Assembly (NCBI RefSeq): GCF_009834535.1
Contig: NC_045716.1
Location: 29,698,001 to 29,762,000, forward strand
Length of the DNA: 64,000 bases
Reading direction: 5' to 3'
Origin: Camelus ferus
Lineage: Eukaryota
Each line of letters opens with the position of its first letter. Position 1 is the first letter of the stretch. This document shows positions 29,265 through 42,053 of this stretch, in pieces. The notes under the pieces were generated by a model. It was not told the origin of the DNA. It saw only the letters and a program-made list of their open reading frames with translations, and searched no databases. The translations under genes were made by a program, and so were the position numbers.

Positions 29265-31102
29265 AGCAACAAAACCCCTCCTGGGCCTGTCTGGTGCCCA
29301 TCCTGCTGGTCACTGGCCAAAGTCGAGGTGTCTCTTGTGCTCTGGAAGCCCCTAGGGTACTGCCCCTGGACCTCTCCCCACTGCTGGGCCAGCACCACAA
29401 GGACCATCGTCCTCCTGGCACTTCCTGGGACTTGGGGTGGCCTTGCCTGGCCGTTTTCTGTTTGGGGTGACCTTGCCTGGCTGTGAGAGAAGGGATAGGC
29501 CCCCCACCCCCCACAGGTTTTTAAGGGGAGGGGAGTGGGAGACAACTTCTTCTCATCCCCCCTTTGGCCAAGAGACCCCCACATCCTTGGGGCCAAAGCT
29601 GCCGGGCCTTGGAAATCCTGGAGGGCTCTGGGGGAGTGGCTGGCAACCAATGGTGCCTTGGCCTGAGTTCTACCTGCGGGGGTTGGTTTGGATTCTGCCT
29701 GGAGGCTCCCTCCCCCTGGTCCCTTGTCTCTTTGGGGACCTCTGGTTGTCTTTGGCTGGGGCTGTTCACAACCGTCTCCCAAAGGCCCTGCCCGGCCTCC
29801 CGAGGTTCTCTCTCAGGGTCCTCCTCTGGCAGGGCTGGTCCAGCAGTTATCGGCTCTTCCTATACAACACGGAAGGAAGGGGCCGTTGAGCTGTTACCCC
29901 TGGGTGGACCGGCCACTGCCCCCACCTTGTCCCAGCCCAGTTGACACTGGTGCTCCAAGCTGGGTGGCTGGGGGTCCTACCCAAAGCAGCTGCCCTGCTT
30001 CCAGGTGTGGGGCAGGGACTGGGCCCCCGGGGTCGGGGTGGAGGGTAAGGTTTGGCAAAAGGGTTGGTTGTAGCAGGTCCAGGAGGCGTTTCTCGGGATC
30101 AGGTTTGCCTGAGGAACTCCACCCTGCTGCCACTGGTGCCTGTAGGGGCTCCAGAGGACTCAGAGACCCCCAAACAGGGGCCTTTTGTTTGGGGTCCTGA
30201 GATCAGGCAAGAAGCCTTGTACACGGGGCATAGGGTGTGCAAGGCCCTGCCTCCAGCTGACAGAGGGACCCCGAGACGGAGGACTGTCCCACAGCTACCT
30301 AGTGGGGGAGCTGCGTTTGGTAGGGATGCTTTTTGCTTTGGACACCCTGCCGTCCAGGGAAGGCTCAGAGGAAGAGGACGTTTCAGGACACGGCTCCCCA
30401 GTCTCTCCTGCCCTTCTCCTTGCTCTGGATGGTGCCTGGCTGTCAGCGCCCATGGCTGACACACACAGGTGGGGGCCACTTGGCTTTTAACTGGGAAGCC
30501 CAAGAGGAGAGGCTTGGCCAGCAAAAAGACCAGCTTAGCTCACTGGCTGATACGAGAGGGTGGGCAAATACAGCACCATCCCCCTCGCCCTTGCCCCTCT
30601 GCACCACCGGGAAAACCCTACACTGTGGCTTTAGGCAGTCCCCTTGCTGTCTGTCCCGATCTGCCTCAGCACAGCCTCGCTGTGTCACAGTGAGAAGCAA
30701 ACCTGCTCCCCCTTCCTCTCGGGTTGAAGAGGGAGTGAAGGGCAAGATGCCCTTTCCCTGCACCCCTAGATCTGCACATTTCTCACTGCTGTCGTAGGGA
30801 TAGTGGTTATTCCTGAATTTACTGTATAATCAACACCGTATTGTTCCAGCTGCAATCACTGTGTCCACAAGAAATGTTAGGATGCTGGCATTTGTGGGAT
30901 GAAGCTGGCCCTTATTTTGTTTTAACCACCCCCACATTACCTCCTCCCCCAATACCTCTTTTCCACCTAACCCTTCTGGATGACAAATTCTTTAAACAGA
31001 CTCATGTGTGGGTCTTTCTGAGTCCACACCATGGTAGCAAGAACCCACCAAGGGGAGAGCAGGAGGCTCACCCAGCTGTACCAGCGTTGGAGCTGCTGTC
31101 TC

Positions 31103-31108
31103 ATTAAA
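31103..31108 (+). terminator. Candidate DEF8 polyadenylation signal ATTAAA
   Basis: ATTAAA about 1.8 kb after the stop, followed by a GT-rich downstream element (tgtggtgtgtgtggtg). Confidence 0.5.
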
Positions 31109-31899
31109 TCTGTGTTCTCCAGACTGTGGTGTGTGTGGTGAATTGGGGACAAGGCAGGGTTTGCTGACATACAAAGCAATTGAAGGCTTAATGAAAGCCC
31201 ACAGCCTTCCCCATCCAGAGGGGTCAAATATCCTCTGGTTTGGGAAGCCCCATATATGTGGGTATCAGATCTGGGCCTGCGGGCGCTGACTACTCCCAAC
31301 CTCCAATTCCTCTGTACAATGCACTAAAACACATCCTTTGAGGGGTTGTTTGGGTTCCAGGAAGCACTGAGCACAGCCTGAACACAGAGAATGCTCAGTA
31401 AATAGAAGCTGTCTTCTTTCCAGAATCCTCCTGGCGGAAAGACTGTCTTGTTAACCCAAAGTAAGCGACGAGAGGGTAGCTGGTCATGCAAATCACAGGT
31501 TCAGCTCCCGGAAGCCTCTTTTGTCTTTGAAAGTTAGGCCACTGAAAGGGCCCTCACTGCAACTCAGACCCCCTCCCACTGCCCTGGGGACTTCAGGAGA
31601 GCCACGTACCCCTCCCAAATTACATTCAAACCTCTGAGTGAATACATTTTCCCATGGGGATGGGGGTCTATAGTTTTGACCAGGCTCTCAAAGAAAATGT
31701 CAGGAATGTGCTTTAAGAAGGTGTCTGTAGACATCACCTGTATCCAGGCTAAGAAAGCCAGAGAGCCCAGGGGGCACAGGCACAAGGGTGGGAGGAAAGG
31801 TGTCTGCTGTCGGTGGGCCGGTGCTGGCACAGGTGAGCACACGCCTCCAACTACAAATCTCTAGAGCTACGTTTTGATAGCAGGTGGACGATGCAGTCT

Positions 31900-34230
31900 C
31901 CACCCACCCCTGCAGGTTATGCAACAGCAGTTTCTTACAACCTTTTAATTTTAACAAATGTAGCTTTGCCGGAGTGTTGCAAACACATTCCCACGTACCC
32001 GTCTCCTGGATTCTCTAAATGTTTGCATTTCGCCCCATTCCACATACTTCCTTTATGGAGCTGTCTGGCGCTCTCTGTGTGTCCCTCCCAGACAAGGACA
32101 TTACCTTACACGGCTTCACTGCGGCCATAATGTCGGGTTAGCATCAATCCGGTACCAAAAACCTACATCAGACCTTGTTCAGTTTGCCATTCACTGCATT
32201 GTCTTCAGCCTTTAACCCGCGAAGGTAGGTGACCCTCACACAAGCACAGGCTGGTTATTTTGAAGACTGTCCTTCAGTGTGGGTTTTCCTGATGGGATTC
32301 AAGCTTTGCACTTTCGGCAGCACCTTTACAGAAGTGATGCTCTTCAGCGTGCCGTCTGTCCCCTTCCTGGAGATGCTGTGACCTGCCTGTCTCCTGTGCC
32401 CTTCTGACATGTTCCGGTCTTTTGTTAGGCACTTGCTTAGTCTAGCGCAGCAAGGTGTTCCAGGCTTACTCTATATAATTTCCTCAGTCCCAGCCCTGAG
32501 ACCAGTCATTTCTCCAAGGAGCCCTAGTACCTTCTGGAGTTCACCCTGACACTCAGAATTTCAAAAGAAGGTTCATTCTTTCCCTTTTTCATATTTGTAA
32601 TTCCCTTGCTTATGCTGAGAAACCTGGCTCCATTATCCATAATGTACTTGTTTGCTCAGTCTGGAGCAGAGTGCCTTCAGCATTGCTGACCTGTGCCAGT
32701 GGACAACCACTGACTAGCGTTTACTATGTGTTTACAGTTCTTTTTTGTCTTTACCTGAGGGCACACAGTCAAAATGCACTGGGGGTGTTTCTCCCCTTCA
32801 TTGTGGGTGTGTAACTCATGTGAAATATGTTCTGTTCGTATATTCCATTGTATTTCCCTGTCCTTGTTTACTTCTGTTTGTGCAATACAGTGACGTGTTT
32901 CCCAAAGTCAGAACTTTTTATAAGTTTTCTTATAAAAAAAACTTCACGATACTCAGTCAGGTGTCACCCCTACCCTGCAACCCATCTCTTTCGTCTTTGA
33001 TTTCTCCTTCCCATGTTTCTTTTTGTACAAATGACTAAGATACCTGTATATTTTCTTACTTCCCCTTCTTCCACAGAACATTTTATGTGTGGCCATTTTT
33101 CAATTAACAGATTTGGAAACTGCTCCACATCAGCTGAGTTCTTTCTTATTCTGTCATTACCGCAGTCATCATCATTTATGTCTGCATTATATTCCACTGT
33201 GTGGAGTTGCCGTTTCACGTTTGACTACTGCATGAGACTAGTAGGCTGTTTCCTAGCTTTTGCAGTCACAAACGAGGCTGCAACAAATAATCTGTGCTTT
33301 ATGTATTTTCTTTTGTTGGAGGTGTATCATCAGGGAAAGTCCTAGAATCGGGATTGCTAAATCCTAAGAAATCCATTTTTTATTAGTGTTTGATGCACGT
33401 CCATAAGGGATGTACCAATTTGCTTTCCCACCAGTAATGAATGAGGGTGCCTGATACCCCACCAGCAGTATGTGTATTCATACTCTTTGATTACTTGATT
33501 AATGAGAAGTGGTATCTGTGTAGCTTTAATTTGCATTTCTCTGACTGACTGAGGTCAAACTTAGGTTTCAAGATCTAACTTATTTATGAATTACATCTTC
33601 AGTCCACTTTTCTATTGGATTTTTGGTATTTATTTTCCTTTCAGTCTTTAAGAATTCTTCATGTATCAGCGATATTAGCCCACTGCCTGTGAGATATTTT
33701 CTTCCTGGTGTCAGTTGCCTTGTTTGTAGTATCTTATTCTCATGGAAATGTTTTGTTCTGTTATATTTTCATACGGTCAAATTGATTCATCTTTTAAAAT
33801 TTCATCTGGACTTTGAGTCATAGAAAGTCTTCCTCCACACCCGTGTCAAACAGGACAGGCATTTGTGCGCGTGTTCTGCAGTGCTTGTTGGGTGTCAGTT
33901 TTTACATTCAGATCCCTCATCTGTTTCTTTATTCTTGTGTGTGCTGTGAGATATGAATTAACTGTTTCCAAATTTTAACCAGTTATCCTGCACTATTAAA
34001 AAAAAAAAAGCCTATCTGTATCTATCTCTGGACTTTCTGTTTTATTCTACAGATCGGAATACTACACAGACTTAATCACAGATGCTTCATGGTGTGTTTT
34101 AATGTTCAACAGGGCTAGTCTCCTCACAGTTTGCTTTAAATAACTTTTCCTCGGTATTCTTTCATGCAACCTTTTTCAAGCACATATTTAAGTAAAATTT
34201 TTATGACAAAAGTTGATGCTCTCAAGTGTC
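31900..34230 (-). mobile_element. Ancient L1 fragments (antisense)
   Basis: T-rich decayed sequence with reverse-complement L1 ORF2/3' UTR motifs ('aggctgtttcctagcttttgcagtcacaaac...gggattgct...cccaccagtaatgaatgagggtgcc'). Boundaries approximate. Confidence 0.55.
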
Positions 34231-34332
34231 AAAATGAAAATACCACAAACAGGGTTTCCAGGGATGTTACAGATCTGGGAGCGGAGGCGTGGCTGGGCCT
34301 CACCCACCGAGGTCACAGGCCCTGAAGACAGA

Positions 34333-35964
34333 CTAGGACAGCTGCTGCTTTGAGCGCCGCTCTTTCTCACTGTGCAGCTCCCTGTAGCAGGTGATTGCAT
34401 CACTGACTGCTCTTGAAACTTGCAGCGTCCACTCATCACCGGGGCTTCCACTGGTGAGGACCTGCAGGCCCGCCTCGAAATGTGACAAGGCGGCCGACAG
34501 CTCTGTGGTGGTCAGCTGACGCAGGACAGGGGCAGCATCTTCACTGTCCTCCTCTCTTGCCGGCTGCTGTTCCAGCTGCATCAGCTCCTCATTCGAGAGA
34601 TCTTCCTCATGGGAGCACAGCAGCTGGTCCACAGCAGCTCCCAGCACCTCTCCAAGAGCCACATTCTGGGCAAGGGTCACAATGTTTTGTCGAAGCCGTG
34701 CAATGTTGTCTGTTTGGGAAACACTCTGGAACTGAACACACTCTGGCCAAATCTTCTTCCACACGCTGTTCATTGTTGCTGGTCTGAGCTCCTCCCAAGC
34801 TACTGCAATGTTGTCCACAGCATCCATGATGCTGTAGTTTCTCCAAAACTCCCTGATTATAGCTGTATCCTCCCCATCTGTGGCTTCTAGGATGTGCTCA
34901 AAAGTCCTTCTCAGGTAATGTGCTTTGAAGGCAGAGGCTACACCTTGACCCATGGGCTGGATCAGGTCAGCTGTACTGTCATGAAGATATTCCACTCTCA
35001 CGTTATCAGACAGATTGCTCAAATTTACTGGGTGGCACGGTGCACTGTCTAAGATGAGCAGTGCTTTGTTAGTGAGATTATTTTGGGCACAGTATTTTTC
35101 AACTGCAGGGCAAAAAAAGTACGTAAACCATTCATGAAAGATGCTCCTGGTTGCCCAGGCCTTTTTGTTTGAGCGCCAAATTACTGGCAGATTGGGCTTG
35201 GAGTACCCCTTCAGAGCCTTGGGGTTTTCTGAGTGGTACACCAGTAAGGGCTTCAACTTGAAGTCCCCAGCTGCGTTGCCACCGAGCAGCAGCATCAGGC
35301 GTTCTCTGCATGACTTAAAGCCTGGCTCAGCTTTCTCTTCTACTGAAAGGAACGTTCCTTCAGGCATTCTTTTCCAATACAGACCTGTCTCATCTACATT
35401 AAAAACTTGCTGGGGGGTGTACTCACCTTCTCGGATAATGCTTTTCAGTATTTCTGGATAGATATCCTTGTTGCCAGTGGCTGTGCTGTTCGTCTTGAAG
35501 TGAGGCAAACAATGGCGCTCCTTGAATCTCACAAACCACCCTTTACTTGCACTAAACTTCTCTGTCTGAGAGCTTTCACCCTGTTCACGCTGCAAGTCAT
35601 CAAACAAACTCTTAGCCTTCTCCTGAATAACTGCGACACTCACGGGCACGTTTCGCTGGCTCTGGTCTTCAAGCCACACACGCAACAGGCGCTCCATGGT
35701 CTCCATGACTGCACTTCGGTGGCGAGTCAACCGAGAGGCTCTCAAGGGAGTAGCTATTTGTGAACTCACTTTGATTTTCTCTTTATTATCTCGGATCGTT
35801 GCCACTGTGGAGACAGCGAGGCCTAAGGTCTTTGCAATTTGGCTGAGCTTTTCACCCACTTCAAATCGTCTTAACACTTCTAATTTCATGTCGAGGGTAA
35901 TTGCCTTCCGTTCCCTTTTGGCACTCGGGATGACCATTGCATTTAGGGGCCTTTTCCTAGGCAT
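34333..35964 (-). CDS. CENPBD1: Tigger/pogo transposase-derived protein (543 aa): CENP-B N-terminal HTH, HTH_Tnp_Tc5, DDE_1; at the syntenic position of CENPBD1
   Basis: First true ATG at 35964 (the track's start at 36099 is GTG). Motifs [12 protein letters not shown]...STVATI; LLRVWL...[15 protein letters not shown]; [12 protein letters not shown]; [10 protein letters not shown]; IQPMGQG; Tigger-like C-terminus CYREL. Lies between DEF8 and AFG3L1 on the minus strand, like human CENPBD1. Symbol assigned by synteny. Confidence 0.85.
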   Translation of the reverse strand: MPRKRPLNAMVIPSAKRERKAITLDMKLEVLRRFEVGEKLSQIAKTLGLAVSTVATIRDNKEKIKVSSQIATPLRASRLTRHRSAVMETMERLLRVWLEDQSQRNVPVSVAVIQEKAKSLFDDLQREQGESSQTEKFSASKGWFVRFKERHCLPHFKTNSTATGNKDIYPEILKSIIREGEYTPQQVFNVDETGLYWKRMPEGTFLSVEEKAEPGFKSCRERLMLLLGGNAAGDFKLKPLLVYHSENPKALKGYSKPNLPVIWRSNKKAWATRSIFHEWFTYFFCPAVEKYCAQNNLTNKALLILDSAPCHPVNLSNLSDNVRVEYLHDSTADLIQPMGQGVASAFKAHYLRRTFEHILEATDGEDTAIIREFWRNYSIMDAVDNIAVAWEELRPATMNSVWKKIWPECVQFQSVSQTDNIARLRQNIVTLAQNVALGEVLGAAVDQLLCSHEEDLSNEELMQLEQQPAREEDSEDAAPVLRQLTTTELSAALSHFEAGLQVLTSGSPGDEWTLQVSRAVSDAITCYRELHSEKERRSKQQLS

Positions 35965-36269
35965 CTCTGCCTCCAAAATGTACTGAAATGACAGCAGTCC
36001 CCGGTGCAAGAAAGCCTGTGGTTCCTCTATGCCCCCTTGCAGAACTAGGGAAAGCGAAAATGGGGCTTCGAGAAGGCGCAGGCTGACGTCCTCGGACACG
36101 GGAAAGGGTCACCACAGGCCTGCCTAGCCACGCTGCCCAGAAACAGGGCAGTTCATTCTGCCCTGGGCAGTGTGGGCCTCCAGTGTCAATCAGTGTCCAA
36201 ATTCCTGGAAAGCAGGCACATCTAAACTGGCGTGTGCCTCCGTGATGCAGAACACAGAAATCCGTGCAG

Positions 36270-37290
36270 AAGAATAGCGCCGCCGGGCACACGGCGTACA
36301 GGCTCCCAGGTCCCGGAGGGAGCTCAGGAAAGCAGCCCAGCGCGCCGCCGCCGCCGGCCTTCGCTTTGTGAGCCGCTTCCCAGGGAGGACCCCAGAAATG
36401 GGTGTTCTTGGAGATGCCCGACTTAAAATAAGTCTCGGGCCTCTGGCCATCTTAGCGCCTCGCTCGAGTCGGCCACTGGGGTTCCGGCGCCCAGCTGTCT
36501 GGGTAGGGCAAGCAGCGCTCACGTTCGTATCCTAAAGAGTCGGGCAATAGAGTAGACACCTAACGAGAGGCCCCGGGAGCGCACCCTGTCCTTACTGCGC
36601 ACGCGTGAGGCTTCGCAGAGGTCGGCGCGGGGGCGTGGCGCCTTATGACCTATTTGCCGCAATACTGCGCCTGCGCGCGCCCGAGCGGCGCGAGGTCAGG
36701 GGTGGAAATGTTGCAGTGGCTGGCGGCGTGTCGGTGGCCGGGCCGCTCGCCGTGCTGTGGCAATGCGGCGGTGGCCCACGAGGCGGCAGGACGGCCAGGG
36801 CAGGCTTGAGGGCCCTCGGAACCGCCCGGCAGGTGAGCGGGGAGGTGCTGGCTCCCCGCCGGTTCCGGGGGGCGGGGGTGGTGATGGTGGGGGCGGCCGC
36901 TCTCGTCGCCGCGGTGACGCCATCCAGGTGCGCCGGCCGGCGCGGTGGGGCGCCGTGCAGGAACACTGTGAGAGAACGCGAGGGGAGCCCGGGAGCCGAG
37001 GGGCGGCGACCGCACGTCGGGCCTTGCGGCCCCGGGCTCCTCCCCAGTCCCTGCGGCCGAGGCGGCTGCCCGTGGCCGGAACCTGTCTCCCTCTGTTCTC
37101 TGAGCCCCCGCCCTTCTCCCTGCGGCGCCTTCCGCCCTTGGAAAATTCCCGCTGCCCCTGCCTCCTTATTGCCCTCCCCAAGGAGCCCCACGTTGAGTGC
37201 ACTGCGTTCAAGCCTCGCTCCACTGCGAACCTGCCCTGTCTTCTCGGGCGCTCGCTCCGACTGCGAAGTGGTGTCCTCCTGGGCTCAGCG
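36270..37290. promoter_or_regulatory. Bidirectional CpG-island promoter (CENPBD1-like minus / AFG3L1 plus) with NRF1-like and YY1-like motifs
   Basis: CpG island between head-to-head genes; TGCGCACGCG (36596-36605), TGCGCCTGCGCG (36666-36677), GGCCATCTT (36445-36453). Confidence 0.8.
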
Positions 37291-40200
37291 GTAGTACTGC
37301 CTCTGCTCTGTCAGTCTCGCAGAGTTGCTCTCCTATATGAAGATGGACAAGAAGGAGTTTTATAAAGTGTTAACGTAGTTGTTATTCATCGTTTTTGGAG
37401 CCCAGTACCATCACTGTAATAATAGCTTACACTGTTTGAGGGCTTCCGTGCTAAGGGCTCTACAGGAATTATTTCATTTAAGTCATAACCATCCTGCAGG
37501 TAGGCGCTTGTATAATCCAATTTTATAGAAGAGGAAATATAAGACCGCAGCTGGTCGGCTGCTGCTCCAGCCTCTTCACTTTTAGATACTTCTGTACTGT
37601 ACGCCCTCTCCTGGGTTCGGTACTGTGAAATATTATTCCACATTTTACGGTTGCTTTTTTTCTTTTTTCTTTTTCTTTTTTGTATTGATACAGCCTTAGG
37701 GTGCTGTCACATTGAAGGACCTCAGTGGTTTTGGTTGTGAAGGGAAGAAGTTGGATGATTTTTGAGTTCCTTCCGAGACTCTGTTATTCGTCTGTTGAGA
37801 GTCTCCTACCTGGGTGACATCATGGTGAGCAGGACAGGCAAGGGCTCTGCCCCGTGAACTGCTCTGCTTTGAGGGCTTGGTGATTTGTAGGCTGAGGGGC
37901 CATGCAAAGGCTGGGGGTGAAGTAGCAGTCAGCACTGTAGGTAAAGGATATACCCGTGCAGTCTGCACTCATCAGGTGGAACCCTATGTTCTGGAAGCTT
38001 CTGTGCAGGTATTTTTTCATTCAGTGAGTTTCCTACACTGCCCCTGCCACCCAAGAGGGAGAACCAGACAACAAGCACGTATATAGCATGCAGGTGGTTA
38101 TACGAGGTGTGAAGGAAGAGAAGATAGAGCAAAGGCAGTGAGAATGAAGAGAAGGGAGTGGAGGAGAATAAATGCCACTTTGTCTCAGGTGGGATAGTCG
38201 GCTCCTGAAGGGAGGAGGGTACTGAGCGGTGGCTCGCCAGCAGGTCGACGAGGGCCGGTGAGGCCGCACGTGAGTGACTCTGATACACAGACCAGGGTCC
38301 CCTGATGTGTGATCTGGCGCAGAAAGGACAGTGGTGCTTTGCCTGTCAGCAATGGGGCAGCCTTGCTGAGCCAGCTTCATGTCTTGGCTTTGCATATGCA
38401 AAGACCAATTTAGAAAGCTCATCTAAACCAAATGCCAAGAATGGATAGTAGACCCCTGTCTTTTGAGAGTTGCAGCCCACCGAATGTGGTCCCCTGACTA
38501 ATCAGAAAAGGATTAGATCTCAAAGAAAAAGAGTTGGATGTTTTATCAAGTTTTGGGGCCTGAAGTGTTGTCCTTTGTACCTCTGGGGTTGTAGACCACC
38601 TGATACTGCTGTCGAGCCACCTGCATCGCGCTGGTTCTGGAGAGACCTGGGAGGTTTGGGCACCAGAGTCCTCATTGTGTACCTCCGGCTCTGCGTTATC
38701 GTACCTCAGGCACTTGTGGACCTCTCTGCACTTCTGCTTGTCCGCCCTGCAGTGGGAACAGTGGCAAGTACTTTCTCAGCAGGGGCATTGAGGGTCGGAG
38801 GAGGTGACAGAAGCACCTGGCGCACATCTGGTGCCTAGGGACCTGTGCTCCTTCATCTAAATCTCTTCCCGGTGACGTGCCTCTGTGACGTCAGGTCCTC
38901 GTTCTGCTGTGCACGGTGACTGGCTGCAGCAGGGAGGTTCATTCCCAGTGCAGAAGTTTCAGGATCCCCAACACCGTTACCTGTGGCTTTTCCTTTCTGA
39001 GTCCCCCTGCATAGATTTTCCCCGATTTTAACGTCTTTCTCATAGCTTACCTTACTTTTTAGTTCTTCTGGTCTTTGATAGGCGTATTTGAATACTTTGG
39101 CTAGTAGCAAATTAATCATTAGGGAATGAGTTTACTTTGAAGAGTGCACTGCCTCATCGTGAAAGACGGCACGGCTGGAATAACACAGTTGTCACCCGCA
39201 GACCCGGCTTCATTAGGATAAAACACTGGGGCCATCCCGATCTGCGGCTGGGTTGGACTTCTCTGAGCACAGTCAGTACTGTGAGTGTGGTTGGTTCTGT
39301 CTTTTCAGTGTGGTGGCTTTTCTTGTGCCTGCTTTTGCTCTGGTGGCTTTCTTCTACAATAGTGGGGACTGAAATGTCTCTAGTCCTGACCTTGACTGGT
39401 GTTAAGTACTGTTAGCAGCTTTTGGTAAAAGCTGTCATTTTCCACTTTGAGGACTAAAGAAAATACAGGGTCTGGAAAAATGTTTGCTTTCCTGACAAAA
39501 GCACTTATCCTTGGCTGAATAAAGATAAATTGTAGTACCCTTTGGTTTTTAAATTTCACATAATTTTAATGTTAGAGTAATTTTTTTTTTTGAGGCTGTA
39601 ATATTTTCAGTGAGCAAAATTGCCTTGGGCAAGAAGTGATTAGTGTGCTTTTGTTTGACAGCTGTAGCTATGAAAATTTGTCACGCATTTCTACATTGAA
39701 TTTATTTTCCACTCATCCTGTTTGAATCATATAATAGACAAGGGCGTCCGGGCTATACCTCAGCCCGAATCCTGGCCTCTTTGAACCTGTAATGGCCACT
39801 GTGAGAAAATGCCCCATGGTATTGCAGAAGCAGCTAATTGTCTCTCGAGTTTCAATGCCTCCAGGGAACCTGCTTTCAGCAGCAGGCTCTGCAGACGAGA
39901 CCACCGTCATTTTCCTAGTGGCTGTGTTCAGAACCATCCAAAGGTACCTGTCTTTCCCCTCGCATCACTGACAGCACAATGCTTATGGGAACTGAGTGTG
40001 GCTTCCTCTGTATCCTCCATAGTGGGGAACTGGGGACAGGGTGCATGACCAGGAGGCTCTGTGCCCCGCCTTAGCTTCCACACTGAGTCACATTTAGCTC
40101 ATCCTGTTTCTGGGTCACCTCTACATCTTTATGGTTTTGATATATCGTTGAAGACGGTGAAGGAGAAACTTCCAGGAGGAAGTTGCTTGATAAATCTTCA

Positions 40201-41299
40201 GGGTTGCATGGGAGCAAACCTTTGTTCCTGTGCATCTGAGGGCTGGTTAGGCCGAATCTCATGTTCAAAAAGCAGATAAGAGACGCTGTGCAGACTCAGT
40301 TAGTTTGGAGCCCATGTGCCCCTCAGAGCAGGCTGTGGGCTGTGCTCGGTGTGTCTCGGGATACCCCGTGTGTGGAGCTTCAGGTGCAGAGCAGAGTGTG
40401 CTGGCAACCAGGAGGTGCGTGCTGATCCACCAAGCAGAAGTCCTAAAGAAAACTGGCTTCTCCCTAACCCTTCCTACCCTGCTCTGATACTGTGGTTGCT
40501 GTGGTGAGTGTGATGCGTGCATTCAAAGTGCCTGAACCTCATCATCTTGTCCCTATAGGGTTGAGAAATTATGTAATAGTAGTAGAAGGAAAAGTGATGG
40601 AAGGTAAAAGGGACAGTTGGGTGGATCAGATTGTCCCTGTTTTACATGTGAGAATTTTTAAAGCATTCATTAATTTTGGGTTAATCTTGGAGCTGGTGAG
40701 CAGGTGGGCCATGCGTGGGTGGTGGTGGCTTCCCTTCCCTTCGCTCTTGTGGGCATGGCCACGTTCCCTTCCTTTGTCCCTGGTGCTCCCCACTCCACAG
40801 CCTGTGCAGTTGGAAGCCTTGACAAGTCTGTCCTCTCAGTTATGTCTCAGTTTGGTGAAGTTGGTGTCTCCCTGGGAACTGTGTCCTGCTTGGGCCCCAT
40901 GAGTGCAGGGTGGATAGAGGCCCGCAGAAGCACCTTGGGGGTGCACTTACATGATTTACTACAAACAGAAGACTTCTTTGGAGACTTGTGTTTTGTTTTT
41001 AACATTTATGCAGATTTCCACCCTGTCCCATAATATGTTTGGCCATTCCCCAGGTCATCATGGCCTTCGGGCTTCCATGGCTTTGTGTTGGCCTTGCTCA
41101 GCGCTGGCATGTACGTCAGGGGCAGGTCTGTGCTGGTGTCATCCTGGAACTTCTGTGGGTGTCGTGCATCTGCTGGTTGTTGCCTGGCTATGGACGAGTC
41201 GCCTGGCTGAGAAAGTGATTTCTGTCTCAAGCCTTTGTCTGACCACCTTTTCTTTACTCAGGGGAATGATTTTTTTTTCCCGTTTTGGGTTAGTTTCCC

Positions 41300-42053
41300 A
41301 AGTTTTTATGGAAAAACCTGTTCTGTGAGTCTCCTCGCTCTCGGTACGTCACTCTTCACTTCTTCACCCACCAGGAGGTTCTGCAACACCAGCTGGGTGT
41401 CCTGCAGCTGTAACACACACACTTCAGATGCCAGTCACACATCCGGTGGTTACCTGCCCTTCTGACCAAACTTGCTTCCCATGACCCCCTTCTCTGGTTT
41501 GGTTAATTTGCTGGAGTGGTTCACTGGAGTCAGGATACCCGTTTGCTTGCTAGATTATTGGTTTATTGCAAAGGACTTTAAAGGGTATGAAGGAACAGCC
41601 AGATAGGGAAGCGCACAGGGCAGGTTTGGGAACAGCCCCCAGCACAGGAGCTTCTGTCCTGGGGAACATGGGGTGCACCACCCGCCAGCATGTGGGTGTG
41701 CTCTTGTCTGCCAGCCTGGTAGCTCTCTGAACTCTGTCCTTTTGGGTTTTATGGGGGGTTCCATTGCACAGGCATGACTGAGGAAATCGTTGGCCATTGG
41801 TGATTGATTCAAAATACAGCTCCTCTCCCCCTTCTCGGAGGTGTGTGGGGTAGAGTTGAAAGTTCCAACCCTCCAGTCCCCATCACTGGAGTTTTTCCAG
41901 AAGTCACCAACACGAACTCTGGTGTGGTTGAAAGGAGCTTATGAACAACAGAAGGTGTCTTTCTCTCTCTTTCCGCTTGAGAAACTACAAGGGTTTTGGG
42001 AGCTCCTTCCTGGAAGAGCAAATGTACATTTCTTATTAAAAAGCAAATATCAC
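41300..42053 (-). mobile_element. MER21-like ERV LTR
   Basis: Minus strand begins TGTGATATTTGCTTTTAATAAGAAATGTAC...; internal 'gaaagttccaaccctc' and 'cagatgccagtcacaca' motifs match the recalled MER21 family. Left boundary approximate. Confidence 0.65.

Noticed and set aside
35965-36099. 45-aa N-terminal extension of the transposase ORF (588 aa in the track)
   Set aside because: Starts at GTG, not ATG, has no transposase similarity, and runs across a likely splice acceptor at 35983.
36605-37365. 229-aa and other ORFs over the AFG3L1 CpG island as a possible intact AFG3L1 N-terminus
   Set aside because: Only ~35 codons resemble AFG3L1 exon 1 and they lack an in-frame ATG; the rest is GC-rich intron.
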